Part shown: in pieces, positions 51,832 through 60,979 of the stretch
How positions within the stretch are numbered: the first letter of the stretch is position 1
Layout of the letters: each line of letters begins with the position of its first letter
Assembly (NCBI GenBank): GCA_963810935.1
Contig: CAWEPK010000008.1
Coordinates: forward strand, 480,001 to 544,000
DNA length: 64,000 bases
Direction of reading: 5' to 3'
Source: an uncultured delta proteobacterium
GTDB taxonomy: Bacteria; Desulfobacterota; Syntrophorhabdia; Syntrophorhabdales; WCHB1-27
Translations under genes and position numbers: made by a program
The notes under the pieces: model-generated
The model's database searches: none
What the model was told of the DNA's origin: nothing
Seen by the model: only the letters and a program-made list of their open reading frames with translations

Positions 51832-52496
51832 CTATAACCCCGGCCCCGAGTCAGCCCCTTGATCAGATAGGGCATCTCGACCCTCCTGGTAGGGGCGAGT
51901 ATCCTGCTCTGATAGTCCGTCACGTATTTCGATTTGAGGGTCCGGGTAAGGCCCCGGTACTCGTCGGTGGCAGCCACTTTCGCGATAGCCTCTATCGTCT
52001 GGCTCGTCCCTTCCACGAGGATGAACGGACCGGAGCCTATCGCCACCTTCCACACGTTCGTCACCCTTATCCCCAACTTTTCCATCCTGGGGACGAACTC
52101 GTTGTCCAGAAAGGTCCTGTAGCCCTTTTCCATGCCCGGGAGGATATTGAAATACTGGTTGAATTTCCAGACGCCGACCTGTACCTCGTATCGCTTGGCG
52201 TCGGCTGTCCCGTACGAGCTGTACAGCCTGCTCGCATAATTCCTGATAAGGGGTGAAAGCCCTTCCATAAGCTCGCTATACCCTTTTGACGTTACCGCCT
52301 TCTGGACCACGCCGGGGTCGTTCGTCGTCGATACGGCGACAATGCGGGGACCGGCGCCGACCACGACGTAGAATGCTCCGATTATCCGCAGCCCCGTTTT
52401 TTCCATGGTCGGTATGTATTTGCCAAGGATGAAGTCTTCGTATTCCTTCTCCTTGTTCTCGACCACGTCCCAGTACGTTGCAAAAAGTATAGCCAT
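51832..52496 (-). CDS. Tandem dimeric alpha-beta barrel (NIPSNAP-like) hypothetical protein; 3' end uncertain
   Basis: Two internal repeats (Y..F....(Y/F).P.MEK.G.R....(Y/W).V..G.GP). As sequenced it reads through in frame into Tm-1 copy 2. Confidence 0.6.
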
Positions 52497-52536
52497 CGGG
52501 TCCCTCCCTCTTTAGAAGATCCGCATATCCATGGGC

Positions 52537-53580
52537 CTACCTTCGGAAGAGCTGCAGCATAAGGTCGATCACGTATTGCTCGTCCTTTGCCGCCTCTTTT
52601 TTCGTATATTTCGCCCCCCTCGCCTGTACCCAGAAAATGTTCTCGGGAAAGGCAAAGCGCTTGTCGACTACCCATTCCATATCCTGCGGAGCACCGAAAT
52701 GCTCTTCGACTTGCTTGGCGACCCTCACGATCTCGAGTATCTCGGCGTCGTCTATGCACGGCGCCTGCCGGTGTTCCGGCGGCACGTCGCAGAAGACCGT
52801 CCCCTTCTCGCCGTAAACGACCATCTTCGTCTTCTGTCCTATGCTGCGGGACTCGACCGCCATCTCCTTCTTGTGCACGACGAATGAATCGGGCGTTATC
52901 TCCCCGCTGACCACGCTCTCGCCCAACCCGAAATTGCCCTCGACGATTGCCCGGTCCAGGTCCCCGACATTCGGCAGGACGGTCAGTATGACGCCCGCGG
53001 ACTTCGCCTCTATCATCATGATGACGGCGATGCCGATAGGCGCCCAGGAGACGGGCATCTTGTTGTTAAGCCGAAAGGCTATAGCCCTGGTCGTAAACGC
53101 GCTCCCCCATACCTTCTTTACGTGCTCGATGACCGCGTCCGTTCCCTGCACGTTGAGATAGCTCTCCATCTGACCGGGCATACTGACGGCCCCACTGGAA
53201 CGGACGGCGCAGGCCACGTCAGGCATCGCGACTTGTTCCTCCAGCCGCCTGTAATACATGTCGATCGACCGGCCGAGGTCGGGCGGCATGGACGCGCCTT
53301 CGATTACCTCGCGTATCCGCCCGCTTACCTCGATCAGCCGGTCAACGTCCCGGTCCATGTCTACTCCGCCGGCCAGCCTATCATCGACTATGCGGCCCAC
53401 CTCCCGGCCGAGGCCGGTGGCGTCCATGAAGTGCTCGTACGCCTTCACCGAAAGCGCAAACCCGTGCGGTACCCGCAGGCCCAGCTTTTTCATCTCGCCC
53501 AGGTTTGCGCACTTCTTGCCTACCAGGTCGTTGTATTCTTTCGAGAGCTCGTCCAGCCAGTAGATTTCCTTTGCTTCCAT
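52537..53580 (-). CDS. PEP-synthase ATP-binding domain protein, phenylphosphate synthase beta (PpsB)-like
   Basis: VGKKCANLGE, AVRSSGAVSMPGQMESYLNV, GLGESVVSG and PQDMEW..WVQAR motifs; stand-alone 347 aa. Confidence 0.88.
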   Translation of the reverse strand: MEAKEIYWLDELSKEYNDLVGKKCANLGEMKKLGLRVPHGFALSVKAYEHFMDATGLGREVGRIVDDRLAGGVDMDRDVDRLIEVSGRIREVIEGASMPPDLGRSIDMYYRRLEEQVAMPDVACAVRSSGAVSMPGQMESYLNVQGTDAVIEHVKKVWGSAFTTRAIAFRLNNKMPVSWAPIGIAVIMMIEAKSAGVILTVLPNVGDLDRAIVEGNFGLGESVVSGEITPDSFVVHKKEMAVESRSIGQKTKMVVYGEKGTVFCDVPPEHRQAPCIDDAEILEIVRVAKQVEEHFGAPQDMEWVVDKRFAFPENIFWVQARGAKYTKKEAAKDEQYVIDLMLQLFRR

Positions 53581-53602
53581 GGCCCCTCTCCGCGTTGCGC
53601 CT

Positions 53603-55288
53603 TTATTTGTTGAGGATGAAGACCGTCCCCATGTTAGCGTCCACCCGCACCTTCATGCCGTCTTTAAGGAGCTTCGTGCCCTCGAACACGTTCATCACGA
53701 CCGGGATGCCGTATTCCCTGCCGACGATGGCCGCGTGTGAGAGACTGGCGCCGCGGTCGACGACCACGCCGCCCAGGAGCGAGAAGACCGGCGTCCAGCT
53801 CGGCGACGTGGTCGGCGCCACAAGGATGTCGCCCTTTTCTATCTTCGACAGCTCGCTCTCGCTCCAGATAACCTTAACCGTGCCTTCGTAAACCCCGGGG
53901 GCCCCGCAGACGCCGTACAGGTCGGCCTTCAGCTCCGGCCGTGCAACCGGCATCGTGCCGACGACCACTTTAAGGGCAATCGGGTCGAGGGATTCGACGA
54001 GTCCCTTCATCGCCTCTTCAATCGAGAAGCCCTCCTTCATGATCATGGGTACATTGCCGCGCTCGCACCAACCCTGCCAGTCTGCCTTCCTGCGGTCCAC
54101 GATGTTCCGCAGGTTGAACATGGCCGGGTTGATCCCCGCCCTCCTTACCTCATCGGGGATGAGGAAGAAGATGTCTTCCGCACTGTCGATTGCCTTCTCC
54201 TTTGCGAACCGTTTCCCGACGCCCAGCGCGCTGCGTCTAAGGATTGCATGGGTATAGAGGTCGAGGTAATGGTTATGCTCCTCGCTGAACCACGCGCTGT
54301 TCTGGGCAAGGGTGAGGATCATCTTGAACCAGCTACGCTGCTCGGGCGCAACCTTTTCGAGCACCTCTTTTTCCATGGCCAGCCTTTCGGCCTCGTGCGC
54401 TTTCCTTTCCTCGTCCAGGTTGTAGTCGATCCCTTTATCGAGGCCCATCTTGATTACGTTGAAGGCGGGCGTGGGGTCCTCCAGCCAGGTCGGCACGTTG
54501 ATCTCCGCCATCCTCTCCATCCTCCACCCGGCTTCATTCTCCATGAAATAGTCGAACGACTTGAGGAACGCCGGCCCGTTCGGGGCGCCTTCGAGCGCGC
54601 TCCTCATTTTAGTCGCAGGGTTGGCAGTGAAGATATCCTTGAGCGCCAGCGACTCCGCCTGTTTGGCAAGATCGAAGAGCCCTTTGTCCACCTGGAAGCT
54701 TTTGTTATCGAAACCGCTCGTCAGCTTGTGGAACTGCGGGCTGGTATCGTCGAAGCCAAGGAGCTGCCGCGTCATCTGCTCAAACAGGACGAAGGCGGTG
54801 TAGACGCCGTACATCATGTACATATGGATTTCCCACATCCGCCGGCAGGTATCGATGGCCTGCTCGAAGTTGTCGAGGATCTCGATGTTCGTGGCCTTGT
54901 CCATATCGAGCGCCTTGACCTTATCGTACCGGCCGACCATCTCATTAACGAAACCGCGCCACATACCCTGGAAATCCTCGATGAACGGCCTGATGGCGGT
55001 CCTGAACCGCTCCTCCCTTTCGGCCCTCTCCTTCGGGTCCTTCACGATCAGCAACGCCAGGTAACCTGCCCCGTCCTTGAACCGCCAGTCCCATCCCTTC
55101 ACTGTCGGCAGCGAAAGCTTCTCCGCCCCGTACTGCATCCCGTGCCTGCAGAAGTTGACCCAGAACCAGCCGAACATCGGCGTCCAAGGCGGCACTGAGT
55201 GCGTCGCATCCTGGAACCAGCACGGTGATATGTCGAAATCCGTAGCTTCGTCGAACTCGAGACCCGGAACACAATCGTACATCTTCAT
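53603..55288 (-). CDS. PEP-utilizing phospho-His swivel protein, phenylphosphate synthase alpha (PpsA)-like
   Basis: N-terminal WFQDATH, C-terminal ILVAPTTSPSW and SHAAIVGREYGIP (catalytic His). Confidence 0.85.
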   Translation of the reverse strand: MKMYDCVPGLEFDEATDFDISPCWFQDATHSVPPWTPMFGWFWVNFCRHGMQYGAEKLSLPTVKGWDWRFKDGAGYLALLIVKDPKERAEREERFRTAIRPFIEDFQGMWRGFVNEMVGRYDKVKALDMDKATNIEILDNFEQAIDTCRRMWEIHMYMMYGVYTAFVLFEQMTRQLLGFDDTSPQFHKLTSGFDNKSFQVDKGLFDLAKQAESLALKDIFTANPATKMRSALEGAPNGPAFLKSFDYFMENEAGWRMERMAEINVPTWLEDPTPAFNVIKMGLDKGIDYNLDEERKAHEAERLAMEKEVLEKVAPEQRSWFKMILTLAQNSAWFSEEHNHYLDLYTHAILRRSALGVGKRFAKEKAIDSAEDIFFLIPDEVRRAGINPAMFNLRNIVDRRKADWQGWCERGNVPMIMKEGFSIEEAMKGLVESLDPIALKVVVGTMPVARPELKADLYGVCGAPGVYEGTVKVIWSESELSKIEKGDILVAPTTSPSWTPVFSLLGGVVVDRGASLSHAAIVGREYGIPVVMNVFEGTKLLKDGMKVRVDANMGTVFILNK

Positions 55289-55328
55289 AATTGCCCCCCC
55301 TGTTTAGGTTTTACCCCCTTAACCACCC

Positions 55329-56081
55329 CTAGTGCATTGCCCTACCGCCATTGACCAGTATGGTCTGGCCCGTTATAAAGTCCGCTGCATCCGACGACAG
55401 GAATACCGTGACCCCCACGATATCCTCCGGCATACCGACTCGTCTGAGAGGGGTTTTTGAGACGTCGTACTTCGTCACGTCGGCGATGGTCCTGCTGGCC
55501 TCGGTGTCCGTGAAACCGGGGGCCACCGCGTTGACGGTGACGTTGTCCGGCCCCAGCTCGGCGGCGAGCGCCCGCGTCAGGCCCAGGACGCCGCCTTTCG
55601 ACGCTACATAGTGAACGAAGCCGTTCGAGCCCGTGAAACATGTTTCCGACGATATGTTTACGATCTTGCCTTTTCCCTGCGCCTTCATATAGGGGTAGAC
55701 GGCCTTCGTGCAGAGCCACGGCCCCTTGACGTTGATGGCCATCATACGGTCCCATTCCTCGACCGTTATCGCCGTGAAGGCCTTGCGCTCGACCCCGAAG
55801 TAATAACCGGCGTTATTGACGAGCACGTCGATCCTGCCGAACTTCTCCACGGTCGCCTGGGCCATACCCTTCAGGCCCTCCGCGTCGGTTACGTCGGCCC
55901 GGAACCAGATGCACTCGCTGCCTTTCGCCGATATCTCTTCCGCCGTCTTTCTGACACCCTCCACGTCTATGTCGCTGAGTGCCAGCCTCGCTCCCTCTTC
56001 GGCGAAGGCCATCGCGAACGCCCTGCCCAGGCCCTTCGCTCCGCCCGTGATAACAGCAACCTTTCCCTCCAAGAGTTTCAT
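55329..56081 (-). CDS. Short-chain dehydrogenase/reductase
   Basis: TGGAKGLG, NNAG, YVASK and VNAVAPG motifs. Confidence 0.93.
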   Translation of the reverse strand: MKLLEGKVAVITGGAKGLGRAFAMAFAEEGARLALSDIDVEGVRKTAEEISAKGSECIWFRADVTDAEGLKGMAQATVEKFGRIDVLVNNAGYYFGVERKAFTAITVEEWDRMMAINVKGPWLCTKAVYPYMKAQGKGKIVNISSETCFTGSNGFVHYVASKGGVLGLTRALAAELGPDNVTVNAVAPGFTDTEASRTIADVTKYDVSKTPLRRVGMPEDIVGVTVFLSSDAADFITGQTILVNGGRAMH

Positions 56082-56118
56082 GGCTCCCGCTCCTTATCCT
56101 GAACAACGGGCCGGGGAA

Positions 56119-56982
56119 TCAGGCGACCTTCACCAGAAAATCCCCCCGGTCCAAGCCTGTCTGCCTGGCCAGGGGACGGCACTTGATTTTCAGCATGTAA
56201 ATCGCCTTCTTCCCCTGCGCCTCGCCCATCAGCGATTCATAGCTCCCGGTACCCTTGACGACGAGCAGGTCGCTCTCCAGGAAAGCCTGCTGCGCCCTCG
56301 TCTCTCCCTGTCCGGGCACGAAGACCTTGTCCGTCGTAACTACCTCGTCGACCGTATCTTCGAGGCCGAAGAAAGCGGCATCCTCGACGGTGGCGTCCTC
56401 GAAAAAGACGGGCTCCTTCACCACGAGCGTCACTCTCACGCCCATCTCCTTCATCATCCCGATGAGGAGCGAGTCGAAACCGATCTCGCCGGCGTTGTCC
56501 GTCACGTAAAAAACGCTTTGCGCCTCCCGGACCGCCTCGTACGGGTCTCCCACGACAACCGGGGGTGCGAGTCTCTCCTCGATGATGCCCGCCGCATCCG
56601 CGAAGGTGAAAGTCTCCGAGGGCCGGCCGATGGGCGCAATGTTGGCGGCCGCCGCGAGAAAACAGGCCCTTTCGAGCCTCTCCTTTGTCGTTTCTCCGTT
56701 CTTTATATACGCGCCTGCCGCATCGAGTAACTCCATCGCGCGGGCATCGGCGCCCTTCTTGAACTCATTCCAGAAATCGGGTGCCGGAGTCACGAATTCG
56801 TAGACAAGGGCAACTGCCCGGTTGCACAGACAGGCGAGGTTCGACGTGTCCGTTATCTCCTCCGAGACGAAGTCGATGACCTTCCGGAACAACCGGGGAC
56901 TGTCCCGGTCCCCGCTCCCAGCGGCGGCCCTTCCGTAAACCCAGCCAAGCAGGCAAACGCCGCATTCAAGCTCGGGCTTCAT
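56119..56982 (-). CDS. DUF89/ARMT1-like metal-dependent phosphatase
   Basis: N-terminal CxxC, DNAGEIGFD, EDAT and KGTGSYESL motifs. Confidence 0.8.
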   Translation of the reverse strand: MKPELECGVCLLGWVYGRAAAGSGDRDSPRLFRKVIDFVSEEITDTSNLACLCNRAVALVYEFVTPAPDFWNEFKKGADARAMELLDAAGAYIKNGETTKERLERACFLAAAANIAPIGRPSETFTFADAAGIIEERLAPPVVVGDPYEAVREAQSVFYVTDNAGEIGFDSLLIGMMKEMGVRVTLVVKEPVFFEDATVEDAAFFGLEDTVDEVVTTDKVFVPGQGETRAQQAFLESDLLVVKGTGSYESLMGEAQGKKAIYMLKIKCRPLARQTGLDRGDFLVKVA

Positions 56983-57007
56983 ATGCCTCCCGCTTTCCTG
57001 AAGTTCA

Positions 57008-58693
57008 TTACCAGCCGCGCTCTTCCCAGGGCCTGTACTTCAGGTCGAAATCCTTCGCGATGAGCTTGTAGCAATTGTAGCTGCTGCCCCGCCCTATGCC
57101 GTGCGCCGGGTGGCACGCCATGCCGGCCATGTAGTAGTTCCTGATAGGCATGCGCTGCCCCGAAAGCTCCGGCATCGGCCTGTTTCTCCCGGAACATTCG
57201 TAATGCGCGTCGAGACCGCCCCACCCGCCCTGCGGCATGCACGGGTTCCTGTTAACCACGTCGTCGGGGGTGGCTATCCAGCCGCCGATAAAGTTCTCTT
57301 TGGTCACGTTTGGGGCGTACTTGCCCCATTCGGCGACCATCCTGACCTCTATCTCCCTCTTCATCCTCAGCCAATCGCGCTCGCTGAAGTTCCTCCAGGG
57401 ACACGTAAATTCTTCAACGAGGGCCGCGAACCTGCCTTCAGGCGCGCGCGTCCTGTCCCACTGGACGTCCGGGGCGACGAGAAGGTAGAGCTTGTCGGCT
57501 ATGCCCTTGGCCCAGCGCTCCTGCTGGTAACGGCCGCTCAGGAAATATTCGGGGTCCGCCTCGCCGAAATAGAGCCTCGGGACGAGCCCCAGCTCCGGGT
57601 TCTGCGGGTATTTGGGCGGCTCCATCAGGGCAATGTTGCCCCAGAAAAGTTGTGTCCTTTCATAGCCCTTGTCGTCGTAAAGCGATTCCGGTCTTTCCTT
57701 CAGCCTCTGCCCCTTTGCCCAGACGTCGGCGGGCCAGTTGTCCCTGCCCGCAACGTCCATCGTCAGCTCGGTATTCAGGTCGCTCACGACCAGGTCGGCC
57801 AGGATCTTATTCCCGTCGGCCAACTCGACCCCGTAGGCCTTGTTGTTATCGACAAGCACCCTCTTCACTTCATTAAGGACGAAGAACTCGCCGCCATATT
57901 GCTGGAAGGCCCTGAGCAACGCATGGGTGATGCTATGGGTGCCGCCCGTCACTATGGCGGCCGCGTCCATCGACAGGATCAGGCCCAGCGCATGGATGTG
58001 CCAGTAAGGGCCCGGCCTGTCCTGCGGGAAGAAGCCCGTGGACGTCTGGATCGCCCTCATATAGAACGTCTGCATCTCCGGGCTTTTGAATAACGTCGTA
58101 GCGATATGGCCGACCGTCCCGAACGCGATATCCGGGTCGAGTCCGTCTTTCGGGTCGTCGGCAAGGGCCTCCAGCGGGTCGGGACCGTCCGGCCATTCGG
58201 CCGGCCCGGTGAAGCGGTACTTGTGCCAGGCCGACCGCCACCTGGTCTTGTACCTCCTGATTATCTCCTCGACGGTGTTGGCGTCGTCCTTGTTGATCTT
58301 GGCCACTTCCTTGATTGTGTAATCGGCGGCCGCCTCGGAGAATTCCGCCCTGCCGCTTATGGGGTCGACAACCGGGAAGATGGTCTTGCCGAGGATATAG
58401 TTGCCGTCCGGATATATCCATGCCTCGTTGTTCTCCGGGAAGAGGTAAACGAGGCCGTAGTCTCTCAAGTTGAAGTCCTGGTATGCCGGGTTCGTGTAGA
58501 ACCGCGTGAAGTGGGCGCACACATTCTGGATGAAGCCGGGCAGCGGAAGCTCCTCACCGCATGCGCCGCCGCCCATCTCGTGCCACCGCTCGAACATGGC
58601 CGTCTTGAGCCCCGCCCTCTGAAGGTAGCAGGCGATGATCGTAGCGTGGTGGCCGCCCCCGACTATGACGGCATCGTATTTCTTATCTGGCAT
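57008..58693 (-). CDS. FAD-dependent oxidoreductase, phytoene-desaturase/PYROXD2-like (copy B)
   Basis: IVGGGHHA (variant Rossmann motif), ERWHEMGGGA, GGTHSITHAL, YAPN, TPDD and ACHPAHG. Confidence 0.85.
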   Translation of the reverse strand: MPDKKYDAVIVGGGHHATIIACYLQRAGLKTAMFERWHEMGGGACGEELPLPGFIQNVCAHFTRFYTNPAYQDFNLRDYGLVYLFPENNEAWIYPDGNYILGKTIFPVVDPISGRAEFSEAAADYTIKEVAKINKDDANTVEEIIRRYKTRWRSAWHKYRFTGPAEWPDGPDPLEALADDPKDGLDPDIAFGTVGHIATTLFKSPEMQTFYMRAIQTSTGFFPQDRPGPYWHIHALGLILSMDAAAIVTGGTHSITHALLRAFQQYGGEFFVLNEVKRVLVDNNKAYGVELADGNKILADLVVSDLNTELTMDVAGRDNWPADVWAKGQRLKERPESLYDDKGYERTQLFWGNIALMEPPKYPQNPELGLVPRLYFGEADPEYFLSGRYQQERWAKGIADKLYLLVAPDVQWDRTRAPEGRFAALVEEFTCPWRNFSERDWLRMKREIEVRMVAEWGKYAPNVTKENFIGGWIATPDDVVNRNPCMPQGGWGGLDAHYECSGRNRPMPELSGQRMPIRNYYMAGMACHPAHGIGRGSSYNCYKLIAKDFDLKYRPWEERGW

Positions 58694-58724
58694 ATCGAAC
58701 CTCCTTGGGATCGTTCTTCATTCA

Positions 58725-59135
58725 TCACCTGCTCGGGATAGGCCGCGGGCCCTGGCTCGGTATGGGCTGCGGTCCCGCTTTCGCGGCCGAGGGGGCCGTC
58801 ACAGGAGGGGCCTGGGGTTGCAGGCCGCCCGCGGAAGCCTCTTCAAGCGGCGGGTAGACCGGAGATTTTGAAAAAAGGAACTTTATTCCACGCATGATCA
58901 GGACCGGGTTTTTAAGGACCGTCCAGACCATATGCCTGAGGTCGCCTGGATCCACGAAGGCCCTGACCGTCCAATGGACGGGGTGTTGGATCTCCATGAC
59001 CATCAGCATGCGCATCGGCTCGGCCGCACCGTTTGCGGGCGGCTCCAGCGTCGAAGGCACCATCCCGGTAGTCTCAATCGCGGCTATCCGTCCGCGAAGC
59101 AGCGTCCTGCCCAACCCTGTAGATCGTATGAACAT
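58725..59135 (-). CDS. Small hypothetical protein between the two flavoproteins
   Basis: AGGAGG RBS, MFIRSTGLGRTLL start, Pro/Ala-rich tail, short gaps on both sides. Confidence 0.75.
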   Translation of the reverse strand: MFIRSTGLGRTLLRGRIAAIETTGMVPSTLEPPANGAAEPMRMLMVMEIQHPVHWTVRAFVDPGDLRHMVWTVLKNPVLIMRGIKFLFSKSPVYPPLEEASAGGLQPQAPPVTAPSAAKAGPQPIPSQGPRPIPSR

Positions 59136-59153
59136 CCCGCCCTCCTGACAGTT

Positions 59154-60794
59154 TCAGAATAGTCCCAGGTCCCTGGCTTCTTTCACGCCCCTCGGCTCGG
59201 GCCACCACTTCTCTATGCCCAGGTCGTCCGCTATCCTTTCTGCCGCGTTGAAGCCGGGGCCGTACGTAATCATGCCGCCCGAGTGCGTGCATGCGCCCGC
59301 GAGATACAGCTTCCTGATCGGCGAATCGTGCTGGCTGCAATATTCGTTGGGCCTGAAGTAGCCCATCTGCAGCGGGAGATAGGCGCCCTGCTTGAAGCAG
59401 CCGTTCTTCATGTCCGGGAACTTGTTTTCCGTGTCGAGGGGCGTCCCGATGTAGTCCCACAATATGCTGTCGGAATTCATGTTCGGCGCGTATCTTTCGA
59501 GCATCTTCTTGCATTGCTCCGCGTAAGGCCGTCTCATTTTGTTCCACGCGAGAGCGCCGCCGTCCTTCAGCCTGTACGGCGCGCATTCCATGCTGATGAG
59601 GCCGACGTGCTTCACGACGCTTTCGGGCCGGCGGTGGACCCGGATGGGGTCGTGGATCGAAGGGAAGCAGCAGTTGAACCCGCCGTCGTGCAGCTCGCCC
59701 CGCTTCGACGCCTCGAAGTGGTCGATCAGGTCCTGCTCGCTTTCGTACCCGATCACGTAAATGAGGGATTCGGCCAGCTCGGGGTCGTTCTCTATGGCCT
59801 TGAACCGCGGCGCTTCGGTCAGGGCGAGATGGCACGTGAAGAAGCTCATCTCCGAGTATCGCCACTGGTCGAGCCTGGTGATAAGCTCCTGCTCCAGGTG
59901 TTGTTTGCCCACGTAATCATAGAACGTCTGGTGCGGGTTGAGTGCGCTGCAGACGAACTTGTTCGCCCTGATGACGGTGCCGTCGTCCAGCTCAACCCCC
60001 TTCGCCTCCCCGTTCTCGATGATGATCCTCTTTATGACGCAGCCGCTAATCACCCTGCTGCCGTTTTCCGATATATATTTTCCGAGGAGATGGGCCACGT
60101 GGTGAGACCCCATATGGCACAGGCGGAAGTGCCAGCCGCGGTTCATCATCAGGGGCACGAGGTATCCGAGGCCCTCCAGGTCGTAGTCAAGTCCCCACAT
60201 AGTGGCAAGATAAAGGAAGAGCGCGCGGACCCTGTCGTTCTCGAACCAGGCGTCGATGATCTGCCGGGGGGTGTATCCGGTCAGCTCGTCGTCCCATTTC
60301 GTCGCCGGGTGCCTTTCAAGCTTTGCGGCCTGCTCCAGACTCGGCAGCGGGTTCACATAGCTCGCCGGGGCAAGGAAGACATCCATCGCGTCGTCCGACC
60401 ATTTTACGAAGTTCCTGAAAGATTCCGCGTCGTTCGCGGAGAACTTGGCGATCGACTTCGCGGACCTCTCCGTGTCCCTGTAGAGGGCGAGATGGGTCCC
60501 GTCCTGAAAGGGCATCACCACCTGGACGTTGGGATAGATCCATTGCAGGTCGTACTTTGTCTCAAGCTCGAAGTCCCGCATCGGAGGGGCATATTCGACC
60601 ATCATGTGGTAGATCGCGTGGCTGTCCACGAGCATACCGGGAAGGAGCAGGTTCTCCGTCGCCAGGCCTCCCCCGATCTCGTACCGTCGCTCCAGGACCG
60701 CCACCTTCAGTCCCGCCTTGGCGAGATAGCCGGCGGTAGTCAGCCCGTTCGGACCCGCACCGATCACGATACCGTCAAACTCCAGTTCCCTCAT
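59154..60794 (-). CDS. FAD-dependent oxidoreductase, phytoene-desaturase/PYROXD2-like (copy A)
   Basis: IGAGPNGL, LERRYEIGGG, YAPNM, TPLD and LYLAGACTHSGG motifs. Confidence 0.88.
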   Translation of the reverse strand: MRELEFDGIVIGAGPNGLTTAGYLAKAGLKVAVLERRYEIGGGLATENLLLPGMLVDSHAIYHMMVEYAPPMRDFELETKYDLQWIYPNVQVVMPFQDGTHLALYRDTERSAKSIAKFSANDAESFRNFVKWSDDAMDVFLAPASYVNPLPSLEQAAKLERHPATKWDDELTGYTPRQIIDAWFENDRVRALFLYLATMWGLDYDLEGLGYLVPLMMNRGWHFRLCHMGSHHVAHLLGKYISENGSRVISGCVIKRIIIENGEAKGVELDDGTVIRANKFVCSALNPHQTFYDYVGKQHLEQELITRLDQWRYSEMSFFTCHLALTEAPRFKAIENDPELAESLIYVIGYESEQDLIDHFEASKRGELHDGGFNCCFPSIHDPIRVHRRPESVVKHVGLISMECAPYRLKDGGALAWNKMRRPYAEQCKKMLERYAPNMNSDSILWDYIGTPLDTENKFPDMKNGCFKQGAYLPLQMGYFRPNEYCSQHDSPIRKLYLAGACTHSGGMITYGPGFNAAERIADDLGIEKWWPEPRGVKEARDLGLF

Positions 60795-60935
60795 GTCGCC
60801 TCCTTCCCCCTTGTAATGCTTCGGCTAAAAAGACGTAACCAGTGAAAACTTCGCAAATGAATTAAATTATGTCGGGTTGGATGTTGACATATCAATACAA
60901 TTTAATTTATACTCGTGTTAGAATCGTTATGTTTT

Positions 60936-60954
60936 CTGTAAAGTTTCTTTACAG
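60936..60954. promoter_or_regulatory. LysR-type binding site (T-N11-A dyad)
   Basis: Perfect inverted repeat CTGTAAAG-TTT-CTTTACAG containing T(60939)-N11-A(60951), in the divergent promoter region. Confidence 0.7.
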
Positions 60955-60979
60955 CATTCGAGGTGGATAAGATTCTCGA

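Noticed and set aside
52537..55288. Ordinary PEP synthase split by mutation
   Set aside because: No pyruvate-binding barrel domain is present. Both genes have their own starts, and the architecture matches the PpsA/PpsB type.
57008..60794. Carotenoid biosynthesis (crtI/crtO)
   Set aside because: There are no crtB, crtE or cyclase genes, and the context is catabolic and redox.
60923..60932. ModE-like half-site ATCGTTATGT in the LysR/operon promoter
   Set aside because: There is no matching second half-site, and it could occur by chance in AT-rich DNA.
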